Assembly: GCA_963765895.1 (NCBI GenBank)
Contig: CAVXZB010000019.1
Span: forward strand, 1-64,000
Length of the DNA: 64,000 nt
Direction of reading: 5' to 3'
Origin: an uncultured Nitrososphaeraceae archaeon
Lineage (GTDB): Archaea > Thermoproteota > Nitrososphaeria > Nitrososphaerales > Nitrososphaeraceae
Within the stretch, counting starts at the first letter, position 1, and each line of letters starts with the position of its first letter. A program made the translations under genes and the position numbers. The notes beneath the pieces are model-generated. The model saw only the letters and a list, made by a program, of their open reading frames with translations. It was not told where the DNA came from and made no database searches. Below, piece by piece: positions 44,668-58,465 of the stretch.

Positions 44668-46091
44668 GTCCCATTTCTAGTCCATAACAGAAGAGAACAG
44701 ACACTCACTCTACTTCTGGTGATGCGCATTGCCACCACCCGAATTGGTATTTGTTGGAACTACCGAGCCGTGATGCGAATCTCCCTGGCCTCCGGTATCC
44801 AGGATGCTTGCAGAGTGGCGACTCATGGCATTGTCGCCTTAATTCAAATTTATTGCAAGTGCCAAATTATGACTGTAAAACATTCCAACTGCTGAACCAA
44901 TGATCATTACTATTGTCAATTCAATAACCAACGTTGCCGGGTTAGGGCGGCCCTTCATTACATCCATAAGTTTTTACTTAGTGACATCTAGGCTCACCTT
45001 GTCTTCAGTATAGATCTGCACAGCATTCTATTTAGGAATAGCAGAAACTAAGTGGAAATCTATCAATCTATTGTTGAACACCTCTACTCCTCAAGAATTC
45101 TTTAGCAATGTTCAGCACAGCTTGGTTCTTCGTCGGTGCGACATTTAGATATGTTGTATGATTTGCAACCGCACCATCTATCTATCTATAACTATATCAT
45201 TAGTTTTTCCATAAACCAAAAACTTGTTCTTTCTCTTCCCGTTCTTTTCTAATCTTAGCCGTACGGGTTGTTTCGACTATCATTTCTAATGTATTATAGA
45301 ACTCGATACGTTCTTTCCAGGATAGGGCCTTGAGGAATTCCTCTCATTCCTGCAATGGAGCGAAAAAGTCCGGTTCGTCATGATCATCCGTTATTCCTGG
45401 TGTCATATTTGGTTCTATCGTAATATGGACACCTTATCACTTAATACTGCTATTCGTTTGTGGTGCGACGGCATCGCTAGTGCTATTAAATGCTAAATTT
45501 ATCTTTATATCACTAAACATTTGCTGAACTTGCCTCAATTAGCGTTCCTTCTAAACTGTGAATGTTATCACGGCATAGTAAGACTGTACCCTTAAGGTCT
45601 TCTATAACGTCCTTATTTTCATGAGCTTCATTTCTTACCTGGCTAATAGTCTCTTGCTGACATTCATATTCTTTGATTATTCTATCAGGGTTTTATGTCT
45701 AGGCTCATGTAGCCTCTGAATCCCATGTCCTTCTATGAGCTCATTAGATTCCTAACTTATGTGAATAGACGCCTGTTCTACAGGAGGAATTTACTTGTAT
45801 AGATAATGGTTGCTATGACTCCTACGAAGTACGGGAGAATATCAATATTGCTACTTCATCCGAGGCTTCAATTGGAACGATAAATTATGACCATAATTTA
45901 ATTATCTCTCTTCAGTAACTTCTCCTTCTTCAACAATGAGGTTTGTTATCTCTGAACCATCGACATGTCTTATTATGATATTGTATAAGTGGTCCATGCC
46001 TTGATCCCTATTCTCGCACTCGAAAGTTCCAGATATCTTGAAACTATAACGCTTTCTTTCTGTCATTGAATTCCACGTCTCAAGTAACTAA

Positions 46092-46307
46092 TCATTTATC
46101 CTTTTTTATCTCATCCGTGGCGTGCTGAAAGATTTTAGCCATTGATGTATTACTACTACTACTGCCGTTACTAGTTGGTGTGTGTGTCGTAAATGTGTCA
46201 TTCCCAAGTGCTTTCACATTAGCACTAAGCGAGGCAAGTGAAGCAGATCCTGCCAGGACCATTGTAACTACAAGGATAGTCATCAGAATAATTTTCTTGG
46301 TTAACAT
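46092..46307 (-). CDS. Small secreted protein
   Basis: Signal peptide MLTKKIILMTILVV..VKA. Confidence 0.45.
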   Translation of the reverse strand: MLTKKIILMTILVVTMVLAGSASLASLSANVKALGNDTFTTHTPTSNGSSSSNTSMAKIFQHATDEIKKDK

Positions 46308-47867
46308 TGTTAGTTAGTTTACTGGACTCCTATTTGATAAAGACGTCATTTTTCTTGCTTACCTCTTATCACTAGTATGGCTGCGGATTACCACGGCCTG
46401 CTTAGCCACAGAATGTATGACAGCCTTTGTGCAGATGGGTAAATTGCTTGATAAGGTAGATCGTATATTATTAGTATAGAGAGGGGGACCGAACACGCAT
46501 GACTATGACTAAGTCTAAGCACACCTCCTTATTTTAGTGTTCCAAGTGTCAGAAGAATTATCTGTCCAGACACTATGTAGTTAGACATTTCAAGGAAAGT
46601 CATACTGATACTATGAATGAGGGTCTTAAATTAAGCGCCTATTACTCAAGGATTCCAATTTCTGCTGGAGAGCAACGTTACTAGCTAAATCTAACAAGTG
46701 GCTAGCGAATATAAAGAACAGCAGCTGTTTCGCTGTAAGCTATGTCACCAACTTAGAAAAGGGAGAGAATGGATCAGTCATCTAGACTCAACGCATAGGA
46801 TTCGTATAGATCTCTTACAAAAATGCCAAGAGACCGGTCAGATACTCATTCAAATTACATCGGGAGATTGAATTAAAAAATGATTAGCAAAAACAGCATC
46901 AATAACGACAGTAGCAATAGCAATTTAATAGAGTTTACATTGAGGGAACTAGGGATAATACAAAGCGCAGTATTTCTGAGATCATATTGAGGACGAGGTT
47001 TCACACCTGACACAGGATCTAGTGTCTACATTGGATCGGGCCAACGCGTTGCTGAAGGACCAGTGACGAGTATAATAATATCTCGATGATACGGTGTACG
47101 ATGCCATCTTTCATTTGACTATAAGATACAGGAGGCAAAATTAGACATAGACGGCAGAATTTGATACTAGTAGCAAATATTTAGGTACCAATAGCAAAGC
47201 CATCCCCAGAGCTAGTATAAAGGGCAATTATATCCATTGGGATAACGATATACTCCCACTAGTAAAGGAGCAGTATGATATTGCCACAAGGGAGAGAATA
47301 CCTCTAACACTCATAGGTCTTCTATACATATTTGAATTACAAGTCCTAAGAGTTATTCGTACCAGAGGATACACGAAAGCGTATAATGATAAACAGCACC
47401 GACAACAATAGCAATACCAGCGCTGACAAAGATAATAGGAAGCTAAATTCCTGGCCGCCTCGCCTATTCTAGTCTGGGGCTGGATACCATTACTCTTGTC
47501 AACAAGTAACAGCAACAACAACGGCAACGGCTCAATACCACATAATAATATAGAAGACATGGATAAGATGATCAATGCGATGGATCTAGTACTCAAGCAT
47601 TACAAAGACAATGAGGAAGAGCTAGCGATATCGGACCTAGCAAAGTACGTAACCGCTTTGCTCAGATTCAATACCTTCCTGTTTCCTGCAATAGACAAAC
47701 TGATCATGCTTCAGGAAAAGGGCAGCAATAGCGATAGAACTACAACGAGACACAGCAGAGATGATCAAACGATACAGTAGTTTCTATAGTTAGAACGACA
47801 TAATATAAAACAGGTAAGTAGATAACAATGACAATATCAAACCCAAAATTTAAGGTAACTAAACCCC

Positions 47868-48095
<228 letters not shown>

Positions 48096-49032
48096 AATAA
48101 CAGCTAAACCAGCAAAGACAATCGATATTAAAGTGAATTACCCTATCGAACAACTAAGCGCTAGTTATTACCTTCATTATTTTATTTATTTTATTTTATC
48201 TTATCTTATTTTAATTTATGAATGACAACGGCAACTTATTTAACGTTTTTTAGCCTTAGGAACACAAGGGAGCGCTGGTGCCCCATCGCTACTATACATA
48301 TGAACAAGGACTCAACTCCAACAGTATCGTCCGTAGTAGCCAGTTGAACGAAGTCGACAGGGGCACCACACCCCGCCACTATACCTTTACGTCATCAGTT
48401 AGTGATGACAGTCAGATTGGAGTGGCATAGTAGAAATACGCAATCGAGTATATAGTATTGTTAGCTGTTAGTTATAGGTTAATTTTCTATATGTCAGATA
48501 TAGTAGAATCAAATAGTGAGTGAGTCAGTTAGTTAGTTAGTTAATTAGTTAGTTATAAGAGGTACAAAGCATATCTGTCTATAGGACACATGTATTTAAA
48601 TTATTAACTAATTTACATGGGTCTGGAAAGCGTTCACCTACGAGCAGGAGAACCTATAATTAAACAATGAAATATGGGTTCGGACAGATTATGTAGGTTG
48701 GTAACAATCTTAGCGTATCTTACAGGATATTGCAAGATATTAAGGTATATTATTGGACCCAATTAATTAGGTTAAAGAAAGTAGTTCAGTTACGTGTGTG
48801 GCGATAGCGCTTAAGGGGTTGGCATTCAAGCAACCAGTTAAGGGCTCAGTCTTTTTCGGACTTATAGCCCACTTACCAACCAAATGGGCCTCAGAACATG
48901 TAAGCCATCAATCAATCAAGTGCTTACTTATGGGACCATTTCTAAACCGACACTCGTAGCTAACTTACCTGCATAGGAGGCTAAATCTACCTATAAAAAA
49001 ATATATTATATACTCTAGGTTTTAGTGCATAC

Positions 49033-50560
49033 GTGAAACGAATCTTCTTTCTCTTCACTGTATTACTAATCACCGCGGTCATGGCATTGCTTAGTTCTAC
49101 GCTATTTCTTATCTCCCAATCTGCGAGAGGAGAGCAAGCCTCCAGGAGCTATTGCTTCTCCTGATATACCTGTTAGTCATCATGACCGCGTTTATACGGC
49201 TGATCAATTCTCAAACACTATATCTGTGACAGATCCGGTAGACAACAAGCTTCAGGGCGTCATCCGCCTCGGAGACCCGCTACCAGGCAATCTGAGCCCA
49301 CTTTATCATGGGCAACTGCTGGTACATGGAATGGGCTCCTCGCCTGATCATCACACCATCGTAGTAGTCTCGATTGGCTCTAATTCAGTAGCTTTCATCG
49401 ACACTGCTACCAATGCCATAAAACACATAACCTATGTCGGGCGCTCACCACATGAAGCCCTCGTTACTCCAGACGGTAAGGAGATTTGGGTGACCGTCCG
49501 TGGTGAGAACTATATCTCAGTTCTTAATGGTACTACATATCAAGAGAAGACACGTATCATCGTGACCAAACGGTCCAGGTATGCAGATTTTTTCGCCTGA
49601 TGAGAAATATGGTTATGTCTGCTCTTCAGTTACTCCTCAGACAGTTGTAATCACGGTCGCTGATCACAAAATTGTCGGACGGGTACCTCAGCTCAGCGGG
49701 TTCAGTCCAAACATTGCGGTGACACCAGATGGCAAGCAGATCTGGTTCACGTTAAAGGATATTGGCAAGACAGAGGTGTTTGATGCCCGTCCACCTTTCT
49801 CCATCTTGAAAACCATCAACACAGGTCCGATTACCAATCATGTCAACATAGCTCACAAGGCAAAAGGCACTTTTGCCTACGTCACAGTCGGCGGGCTCAA
49901 CGAGGTACAGGTCTTTCGCACAGATGACTTCTCCAAAATCGCAACCATTCCGGTCGGTAAACTGCCGCATGCGATCTGACCGTCTGGCGATGGAACACTT
50001 GTCTACGTTGGACTTGAGAATGAGGACCGTCTCGTTGCAATCAATACGCTGACTAACAAGATGATTGCAAGCAGTTCAACTGGCCAAGGGCCTCAGGCTA
50101 TAACGTATGTACCAAATGCTGTGTCGAACGGTTCTGGAACTCAGCGACTGCAGCCGCTTGGCATAGCTGGAAATGTCACTCATCTATCTCTTGTTGCCGC
50201 CACCAGCACCAATCCATGGCAGGGCCATCATCAATAATGATACTAACGCACCCACCAGCATATCGTTATTTGATCAGGGATTGGTACAAGTGCCTGCAGG
50301 CCGCAGTTACTGGACTTGAACCCAAATATGCCTATGTGCTCGCTCTCTCACTTAATCCCAATGGCACTGGTGCCCTTGAACCCCTGCAGCAGTTCATAAC
50401 CAACCCTGCTGGATCTGCTATCGTTAACACAGTAGGTCCTATCCGACAAATAGTGCAGGACACCGTACCACCAAGATACCTCGTCATAGTTCCTGGCATC
50501 ACTAAACAGCACGGTGCTCCTGTTCAGATCCAGCTAGGTAATGGACGTTCGGTTGAGTAA
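49033..50560 (+). pseudogene. YncE/YVTN beta-propeller secreted protein (frameshifts and a TGA in place of Trp)
   Basis: HDRVYTADQFSNT, YVGRSPHEA, TGPITNHVN, AYVTVGG motifs. Confidence 0.85.
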
Positions 50561-50573
50561 TGGATGTTGATTA

Positions 50574-50699
<126 letters not shown>

Positions 50700-50731
50700 G
50701 GCTGTATATAGCTGATTATATTATGTTGTGT

Positions 50732-51142
50732 CTATGGCCAACTTGCAAAGTTATATTGCTGCCACATTTCCTTGATTTTACCATTTGAAATACGAAAGAG
50801 ATCGAAGCCTGTTGCAACATATGGTTTACCTGTAGGTGGATTCCCAAACAATGGTCTTGTATTCGTTCCACTATTTGTCCATCTAATCAGCACCTTGTCT
50901 CCTTTGGCAAAAATATCATCATGTACAAGTTTTCTATCTGAAACAGCCGCTATTAGCGCGGATGCATATTTCTTTGTTCCTTCAGGACCTTTGCGTAATT
51001 CTTCAGGAAGGACAGGATTGTGTAAAACAAAATCAGGAGACAAAATCTCATCTGCTATTTCTAGCTTGCCATTTTGAAAAATGTCATTGTGATAACGCAG
51101 CGCTAGAGTTTGATTTTTATCCTCCTCTTGTTCTGTAGTCAT
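50732..51142 (-). CDS. SnoaL-like / ester cyclase protein
   Basis: ADEILSPDFV.H, GDKV..RW...GT, PPTGK, FRISNGKIKE. Confidence 0.85.
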   Translation of the reverse strand: MTTEQEEDKNQTLALRYHNDIFQNGKLEIADEILSPDFVLHNPVLPEELRKGPEGTKKYASALIAAVSDRKLVHDDIFAKGDKVLIRWTNSGTNTRPLFGNPPTGKPYVATGFDLFRISNGKIKEMWQQYNFASWP

Positions 51143-51582
51143 AAAATTCTACAATACAGAGTGGTATATAAGGTTCTTTAAAATTGGTAGAAAACATATG
51201 CGCTTAAAGAAAAATAATCTCTTAATAGTAATATTTAGTTCGGTTAGTTCACATCAGTATGAAGAATAAGTCAAGTTTCGATCCTATCGGGAAAATGTCA
51301 GAAAAAGTGTCTCATAACTAATGTTATGGAATATATCATACAGTAGTATGCATAACCCAGTTCTGATATGGAGCTTTTTGCAAATCTTATGGAACCAAGA
51401 GTTATCTGCGTACTTCGTTTATCATCCTCTCTAGCACTGTGACGGCCATCCATCCCAGCATACGAGGTCGAGTAAGTGAGAAAGCATTGCGACCCCATTC
51501 AACGAGATCGTTCTGAACGCAGGCAGTAGACTAGCCCTAATCGTAGTTGGAGACGCCATCGTTCAATGGATAGTTAGATAAT

Positions 51583-51660
51583 GGGCCCTTAATTGGGTCA
51601 AATTTGATTCACACACCCCTGGGCCAATACTGATATCACCCTTAAATTGGGTTGTACATA
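51583..51660 (+). mobile_element. att-like site 8 (class C left arm, degenerate core, class B right arm)
   Basis: GGGCCCTTAATTGGGTCAAATTTG..ACCCCTGGGCC-AATACTGATATCACCCTTAAATTGGGTTGTA. Confidence 0.65.
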
Positions 51661-51682
51661 AAATAAGTGTATACCAAAACAA

Positions 51683-52125
51683 TGGTGTCAGCAATACAAA
51701 AACAACAAAAAACAGGAGCAGGATTATGACCAGAAGGAGGAGCCTTAAATAGGCCGTTTCAGCATGATTATTACTCTCAAATAGAAACTAACACATAATT
51801 GTTATTTGTGCTTGTTGGATATTTTTCCCGAATTTGCTCGCGTCGCAACTGAAAAAACAACCCCAAGTGAGGTACGTTGTATATGTTAGCTCGATTGGCA
51901 AAATTTGACCACTACTGGCTTGTTAGTTGCACATTCATTTATCTTAAATTGCTCAAGGCCAGAGTGGAATCCAAGGAAATTTAAGGCTTCCATTCTTAAA
52001 CAATATCTAGCCAATAAAGCTGTTCTTGGAGCAAATAGATATTGATATTCCTTGGAAAAAGCTCATGCGTGGTATATGCCTAGGGAAAGAAATATGCAAA
52101 TGATCATGTTCCAAGACTTGAAGGT
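51683..52125 (+). pseudogene. Tyrosine integrase N-terminal stub (paralog of 15244..15691)
   Basis: Collinear DNA similarity; LLKARVESKEI..PIKLFLEQIDIDIPWKKL..YANDHVP. Confidence 0.75.
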
Positions 52126-52542
52126 ATTACGCTCAGACCAGGACTTAACCTGAAGTCTTATCTAGTGAGTACAAGTCTATAGTAATATTCAATATATATA
52201 TGACTTGATGGTCCTTTTTACAACCAATCATCTTTTAGCATGATGACGATGATTATAACACAACTAATCTCTTTTACTGATTGTTCTTCTCTATGTCAAA
52301 AATGTGGTATATATCCTTTATTGGTTCCCGAACTTCGATCTCTTGAAAGTCATATCCTTTATCAAGATAGATAAAGATTCTGTTTCTCTCTTCATTGATA
52401 TTATAAGACGATCTTTTAACTACGCTATTATCAAGTGTATTTATTGCTCGCTTTCATATCATCATACGTATTAGCCGCAGGTATAACAACAACAGATAAT
52501 AGAATACCTATAATATTAGATTGACTAATGAAATCTAGCTGT

Positions 52543-52635
52543 GGGCCCATGATAAATGTCAAATTTAGTTCACAAACCACTGGCCCCCACTACGATATCA
52601 GTGCTTTTATGTGGATTCCTAAGTATAATAGGCGA
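52543..52635 (+). mobile_element. att-like site 9 (class C left arm, degenerate core, B-like right arm)
   Basis: GGGCCCATGATAAATGTCAAATTT-AGTTCACAAACCACTGGCCCC-ACTACGATATCAGTGC..TATAATAGG. Confidence 0.55.
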
Positions 52636-52674
52636 TAGGAAAAGATTGGATCAAAACATGGATGAGGTATTCTT

Positions 52675-52785
52675 ACCAAAACTCATGGATATTGTATCTA
52701 GGTGCATTGAAGTTCCCTCTTAGAAGATACAAGTATCAAGGAAATTTGGCTAGGTTTCTAGACTTTTACGGAATAAGAGGATAAA
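52675..52785 (+). pseudogene. Tyrosine integrase N-terminal stub
   Basis: NSWILYLGALKFPLRRYKYQGNLARFLDFYG*. Confidence 0.6.
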
Positions 52786-52854
52786 TGCGAGGCATCGGAA
52801 GCCATAAAGGAATGCTTATGAAATTGTTAAATCAATTAGTGTATATCTTTAGCC

Positions 52855-53091
52855 ATGGTCACAGAGGACAATAACAGCACCCAAGAAGATAGTATTAATG
52901 AATTTTCTGAAGTTCCCAGAGAAGCAATAGTCAAACCAGAAGACGAAAGACCTATAAAAACGGTAAAGAGGCCTGAGGAAGAATTACCAGGGAATGAAAA
53001 TACACATGACGACGAAGGTATAGATGATACAGTTGATATGGATGAACACGGTAGTCCAGATTGGGATCCAGCTATAGGTCCTGGAGTTTAG
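52855..53091 (+). CDS. Small acidic hypothetical protein
   Basis: 78 aa D/E-rich ORF with ATG start. Confidence 0.5.
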   Translation: MVTEDNNSTQEDSINEFSEVPREAIVKPEDERPIKTVKRPEEELPGNENTHDDEGIDDTVDMDEHGSPDWDPAIGPGV

Positions 53092-53323
53092 AATATAGAT
53101 TCCTCTACTATGCAGCCTTTTGAGGCATTTTTAAATCAATCCATATCTAAGATTCAAGTTCCTCTCTCATGACTGAAGTGATCCAATCCGGATTGGTGTC
53201 ATACATGTCAGAGGTGTCCGATGGTTGCAATACACAGGCAATCGCTAAAGCAGAGGTTTGCTATTACAAACAACAAAGTATTACCATTTTAGGGCACAAA
53301 CCACTGACATAAATATACATATT

Positions 53324-53916
53324 TTATTTTAGCATGTCACTCTGTATAATTCCCTTCCATCCTTTTTTTGCTTGCTCTACCGATGTCATAATCGCTTCCA
53401 TATCAGCAAAGATTATACTGTTTGCTAATCTACTCATAATCGCTACATAATTTGCCATATTAGAGATTGTATTTCTATATGTTTGAGCTGCCCATGTAGG
53501 AGCCACCCAGTGGTAAAGATAGTTGATTTCATCATCATGAGTGGGAAGATATGGATTTAACCCTGATTGAAAAGATATCATAATTTCATTTAGTGTCTCC
53601 AGATAACCATCTAAAATTTCTTTTATGTTCTGACAAGTTTGCTCTAGATAATCCATTTTAAAATACATATTTGAAATCTGGCTATAACGTGAAATCTCAA
53701 TTGTTACTTCGTCTATTGATTTTCAATACAGTCTTTGATTTCCTTTAGAATTTTTCTAGTTGCATTCAGATGTAGCTGCTGATTTTCAGTGTTACCACTT
53801 ACTATTTGCGATGAGACATTATCGGTTGATTGTATAGTTGAGCTTTTATCCTCTGTGAAATAAGAGGAAGGAGATGTTGATGTTTTATCCTCTCGCCACT
53901 CTCTTCTTCCTGTCAT
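53324..53916 (-). pseudogene. Helical hypothetical protein, split
   Basis: Two adjacent minus-strand ORFs of related composition. Confidence 0.4.
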
Positions 53917-54042
53917 TATGTAATATACCTAATGCAATCATATAATAAAAGTTGATAAAAATGGTTTATAGAATTCAGAGCTGAACTATGCACCTTTCTT
54001 GCTACTGGCATATTGCTAGGCAGGTTCATACCAGTTTCATAA

Positions 54043-54960
54043 TTGTTAATAATTGTGATGTACAAAAATAGTTTGCGATCTTGGAAAAACGACAAAGAAA
54101 ATTGTACTTTCAGCCCCCCAAATAATGAATCACCTCCTAATTTAGGCAATTGCTCGATATTTTTTATAGGAAATGCTACTGTGCTTATTCGCTATGCTGG
54201 ATTTACAATACTTACAGATCCAACCTTTATTCATTTGCATGAAAAAGTACATTTAGGCTACGGTCTCTCCAGTACTAGGCTGAAAAACCCAGCCATAGGT
54301 ATCAAAGATTTGCCTCCACTCGACCTTATTTTACTCTCTCATTTTCACGGAGATCATTTTGATCAGGTGGCCATACGTGAACTGGACAAATCATTACCTA
54401 TCGTTACTACCTTACATGCTACAGAAGAATTAAGTTTACGAGGATTTACCAACCCGCAGAATCTAGATACATGGGAGAACATTTAATTTGTGAAAGGCAA
54501 TATACAGCTTATTATCACTGCAACTCCAGGAAGACATGGACCACTTCCAATGTCAATTTTTCTTCCGCAAGTAATGGGTAGTATTCTTGACTTTCATACT
54601 AAGGATGGTAATCATCTACTTAGGCTGTATATTACTGGCGACACATTGGTATTTGATTCCATCAAGGAAATTCCCAAACGCTATTCTGATATTGATGTAG
54701 CATTACTTCACCTTGGTGGAACTACAGTTATGGGTATTATGCTTACAATGGACGGAAAAGAAGGTGTTGAAATGTTTAAGATAATTAATCCAAAGAAGGC
54801 TAATCCAATCCATTATAATGATTATGATGTTTTCAAATCAACACTTGAGGACTTCCAGATACTAGTCAGAGAGGCAGGACTTGATCAAATACATTACTTA
54901 ATGCAAGGAGAGATATACAATTTTGAAGTAAGTAGCCAAAAACAACAAGAAGGATACTAA
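54043..54960 (+). pseudogene. MBL-fold metallo-hydrolase with an internal TAA
   Basis: ILTDP, SHFHGDHFD, PGRHG, YITGDT, PIHY motifs; both ORFs in the same frame. Confidence 0.85.
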
Positions 54961-55561
54961 TAGTATGACATCGAAACATAATTCTCTATCGCTGTTCCTA
55001 GCCATCTCGGCTTGGTTGGGAATGTATCTGCTTGTATCATCAAAAGGATTATGAATCACATTTCAAGTCCACGCGTCAAAAGGCACAGTTACTTGACTGT
55101 CATGGCCGGTCCATTTTGATTATGGATGGTAATAATAATAATAATAACTATGGTCATAATACCAAAAATAAGAATAATTGGTCCAGCAGGAATATTTTTT
55201 AGTTAGCTCCTTACATTTAGTTAGTTTTATAGTTATAGTATAAAGTGAAATCTTTTCTGAATAGTTAATTTGTCTGTCTGACATCTTGTATTGAAACTAC
55301 TTATTCCTAATACTTAGGATAGACAATGAATCATACACACAATATCGGTATATATTACTACGGTTTGATTCTTGAAAGCGTCATTTAAAATACAATATCT
55401 GACATTTTGTTGCGTATTTTACTTAAATTTTTATTTTTATTTTATTAAAATTAAATAAACTTAAATACCTTGCCATCTTTAGTATAAACGATATAATTGG
55501 ATTTTTTAATTAGCCTTGGACTCTCTGTTCCACTACCAATCAGTCATAGTTTGATTAGTAA

Positions 55562-56074
55562 GTGGAATCTGATGCTATAATGGGGCAACGGCTGTCAGCC
55601 AAGAAGCATATTCTAGACAAGCACGATTATCAGATACTCAATCTTCTTCTGACACAGGGCGCAGATAATAACGCTATTTCTGAAAAACTGAGAATTCCAT
55701 TATCCACAGTACAAAGAAGATCAAGGATTCTATTAAGAGAGGGATATGTTAAGCAGATATTCCAACCCAATTACAAGAAATTAGGATTAAAGAAAGGTTT
55801 ACTTCATGTATATATACGAACTGGCAATATGAAGGAAATGGCAGAAGAACTATTATCAAGAGAGGGTATAATGTCCGCTGGAATTCATGTCGGTAATTCC
55901 GATATAGTAGGAGAATTTGTTTATGAAGATAGCGAACAATTAGTGGATCTGATTTCACATGTAAAGAAGAAAGATGAGGTAGATAGAGTAGTGTGGTCAG
56001 AAGAGGTCTTTCTCCTCCCGGGAAAAGAACATAGCATTCTTGCAGTCTTGGACAGAATAATTGATAGACAGTAA
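55562..56074 (+). CDS. Lrp/AsnC family transcriptional regulator
   Basis: ISEKLRIPLSTVQRR HTH; VGNSDIV, VVWSEEV. Confidence 0.85.
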   Translation: MESDAIMGQRLSAKKHILDKHDYQILNLLLTQGADNNAISEKLRIPLSTVQRRSRILLREGYVKQIFQPNYKKLGLKKGLLHVYIRTGNMKEMAEELLSREGIMSAGIHVGNSDIVGEFVYEDSEQLVDLISHVKKKDEVDRVVWSEEVFLLPGKEHSILAVLDRIIDRQ

Positions 56075-56130
56075 TAGAATTAATCAAAGGGCAGTAAATA
56101 ATTCAGTCTTATGATTCAGGATGAGATGAG

Positions 56131-56490
56131 ATGATACTAATAGTTGATGACGATTATGATATTGTATTGTTAATGAAGCTTAGTCTAGAGAAAGCAGGTC
56201 TTTCGGTATCATATTTTACTGATCCGTTAATGGCCTTGGAATCGTTTAGGCAGACGCCATCCAGTTATGATCTTGTAATCTCAGATATCCGAATGCCACA
56301 TCTTAATGGCTATGAATTTGTACGACAAATCAAAATGATTAGACGGGATGTAAAAGTCATTCTTATGAGTGCATTTGAATTAATGGATGCACCCAACTCT
56401 TTTTCAAATTCTGATATAGAAAAATTTCTAGAAAAGCCTATAACACTACACAAGCTAAATGAAATAGTACTCAAATACGCAAGGAGTTAA
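56131..56490 (+). CDS. Stand-alone response regulator receiver
   Basis: ILIVDDD, DLVISDIRMP, MSAF, EKP. Confidence 0.92.
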   Translation: MILIVDDDYDIVLLMKLSLEKAGLSVSYFTDPLMALESFRQTPSSYDLVISDIRMPHLNGYEFVRQIKMIRRDVKVILMSAFELMDAPNSFSNSDIEKFLEKPITLHKLNEIVLKYARS

Positions 56491-58465
56491 TCATAATTAA
56501 ATAAGAAAAGATGTAACTTTCTGATACAACTAACAGTGCAGATGATTCTTTGACTTTAACCTTAAACTAACATTACTTTGGTCTTTTGTATCTGGTTGTT
56601 TTCTGTACAAGTGACTTGGCATCTTCTTTATTTGTCATATCGGTCCTTATTAGAAAGAGGACTCATTCTGTAAATATATAGGATAAGACAACGAAGATTC
56701 AAGCGACAAGCATCTGACAATATAGGATGATGTAACGCCAGACCTAATTACATTGGAACAATTTGTTCATTAGATGTTTCTTAGATGTGCATCATTGCAG
56801 CATTGTATGCTAGCATAAACGCGTAACTGTATTCCTAATACTCTTCATTGTTTGCAGGTTCGTTAGCTTGGGGTTAGTGACAATCATGGCAAATTCTGCT
56901 TAGGAAGTAACGCTTGAATATCTGGGTTTTCTCACAAAGACTTCATCAAACAAAAAAAATCACCAGTGCATTAGAAAATACGACACTTAAATCTTATTGT
57001 TTCTTTGCCAATTGTTTAGCAGGTTATTTATCCAGTGGATGATTACTGAAATGGCATTTTGCATTATCAGTTTAATAAGGGAGATATAAAGAAGATATTT
57101 TATCTTGCGACACAACAGTCTGATTAGCCCACCTAGTACACAATTGAAATACTTTTCTTCTCTAATAATCGAATTGACTGAGCTTGAGAATTATTTACTT
57201 TTAACCTTTTTTGTTACCAATGCACTTCAAACTCATTGCGGGTTATTTCTCCACGAGTAATTACCTTATTATTCCTACCTTATCTCTTCCAAACATTTGG
57301 GTAAGTTATCATTTACCCTAATCAGAACCTGATGAGGGTATAACATAAACTATAAGCACGCCATCAAAGCCTATGGGACTTATGGATAATACATCTAAAT
57401 CTTTTATCGCCTCGTTAATCCTAGTATTCCAATCTTCTAGTTTTTCCCACTGAAACGGCTTAGGATATTCTCGTAGTATAACCTTAGTCTTTACCCCTTT
57501 CATATAGATATTAGTTTATTTAGTAACGTGCCTTTAATATATTACCAACAAGAAATGGGTTCTAAATTCGATACGTTTGTCATTGAGTAATTGAATTGAC
57601 CAAGTAAATTACCACTGCAGCCTCCTAACCTCTGGAAATTTTGGTTCAGTGAGCCTATTACAGGAGGAATGGAAGTACCGGAGGTAATTCAGATATGTAT
57701 GAGCTTATCATTCTAGATGCTATTTCGGGATTAAGTGAGGTGCTGAAGCCATTGTATCACAACTCCTATAAACGGAATGTTAACATGCTGATCCATCAGT
57801 CACCCGTTAATCGTATCCTTTACATGAACTGATATAGTTCATCCGTAATAGCGATCATGGAAAGCATAAGATGAGGTGCTGTACAGAGCTGTAAATATAC
57901 CTTCAAGTCGCACGAACTAATTTGGCTCACCACACGCCAGAGTATGCCGGTCTACCTAAATCCATATTTTTATCGGATTAGCTAATACTTGCTCATGCTT
58001 TCGAATCACAAAGAAAAGGTATTGATGTCAGCAATTAATTCTGACTTCGCAACTAATGATGAGCATTATTGATCGTAATCATATATCTCATTCGTCGTAC
58101 AAAGCATCATTCTGTGAAGTGATGATTCGACTAATGGCTGAAAATCTGACTAGAATAGGCCCTTTCCGGAATCTCACACACTAATCACCAAATTGCGGCG
58201 TATGTGCAAAGCATGTCGGATAATCGGTAGCAAGTTAGATCATATAACCATACTAGGCTTATATGCACATTCGTTTAAGATAACTCTGGACAGAGCTAAA
58301 GTAAAATATCGCAGATTTATTCCTGTGCGATGTCCTGTAACGGTACTAAAGTTATAGCTCTAATAATCAGATTATATCAAAAATTAATCAGCTTTAATAT
58401 ACTTAATTTCATTTCATACCGTTGGTAAGATTTGGATCATTTGGACAATGGAGTTTTACCTATAG

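Noticed and set aside
57700-58350. Radical SAM remnant on the minus strand (GEP-like motif)
   Set aside because: Too degraded; no CxxxCxxC recoverable by eye
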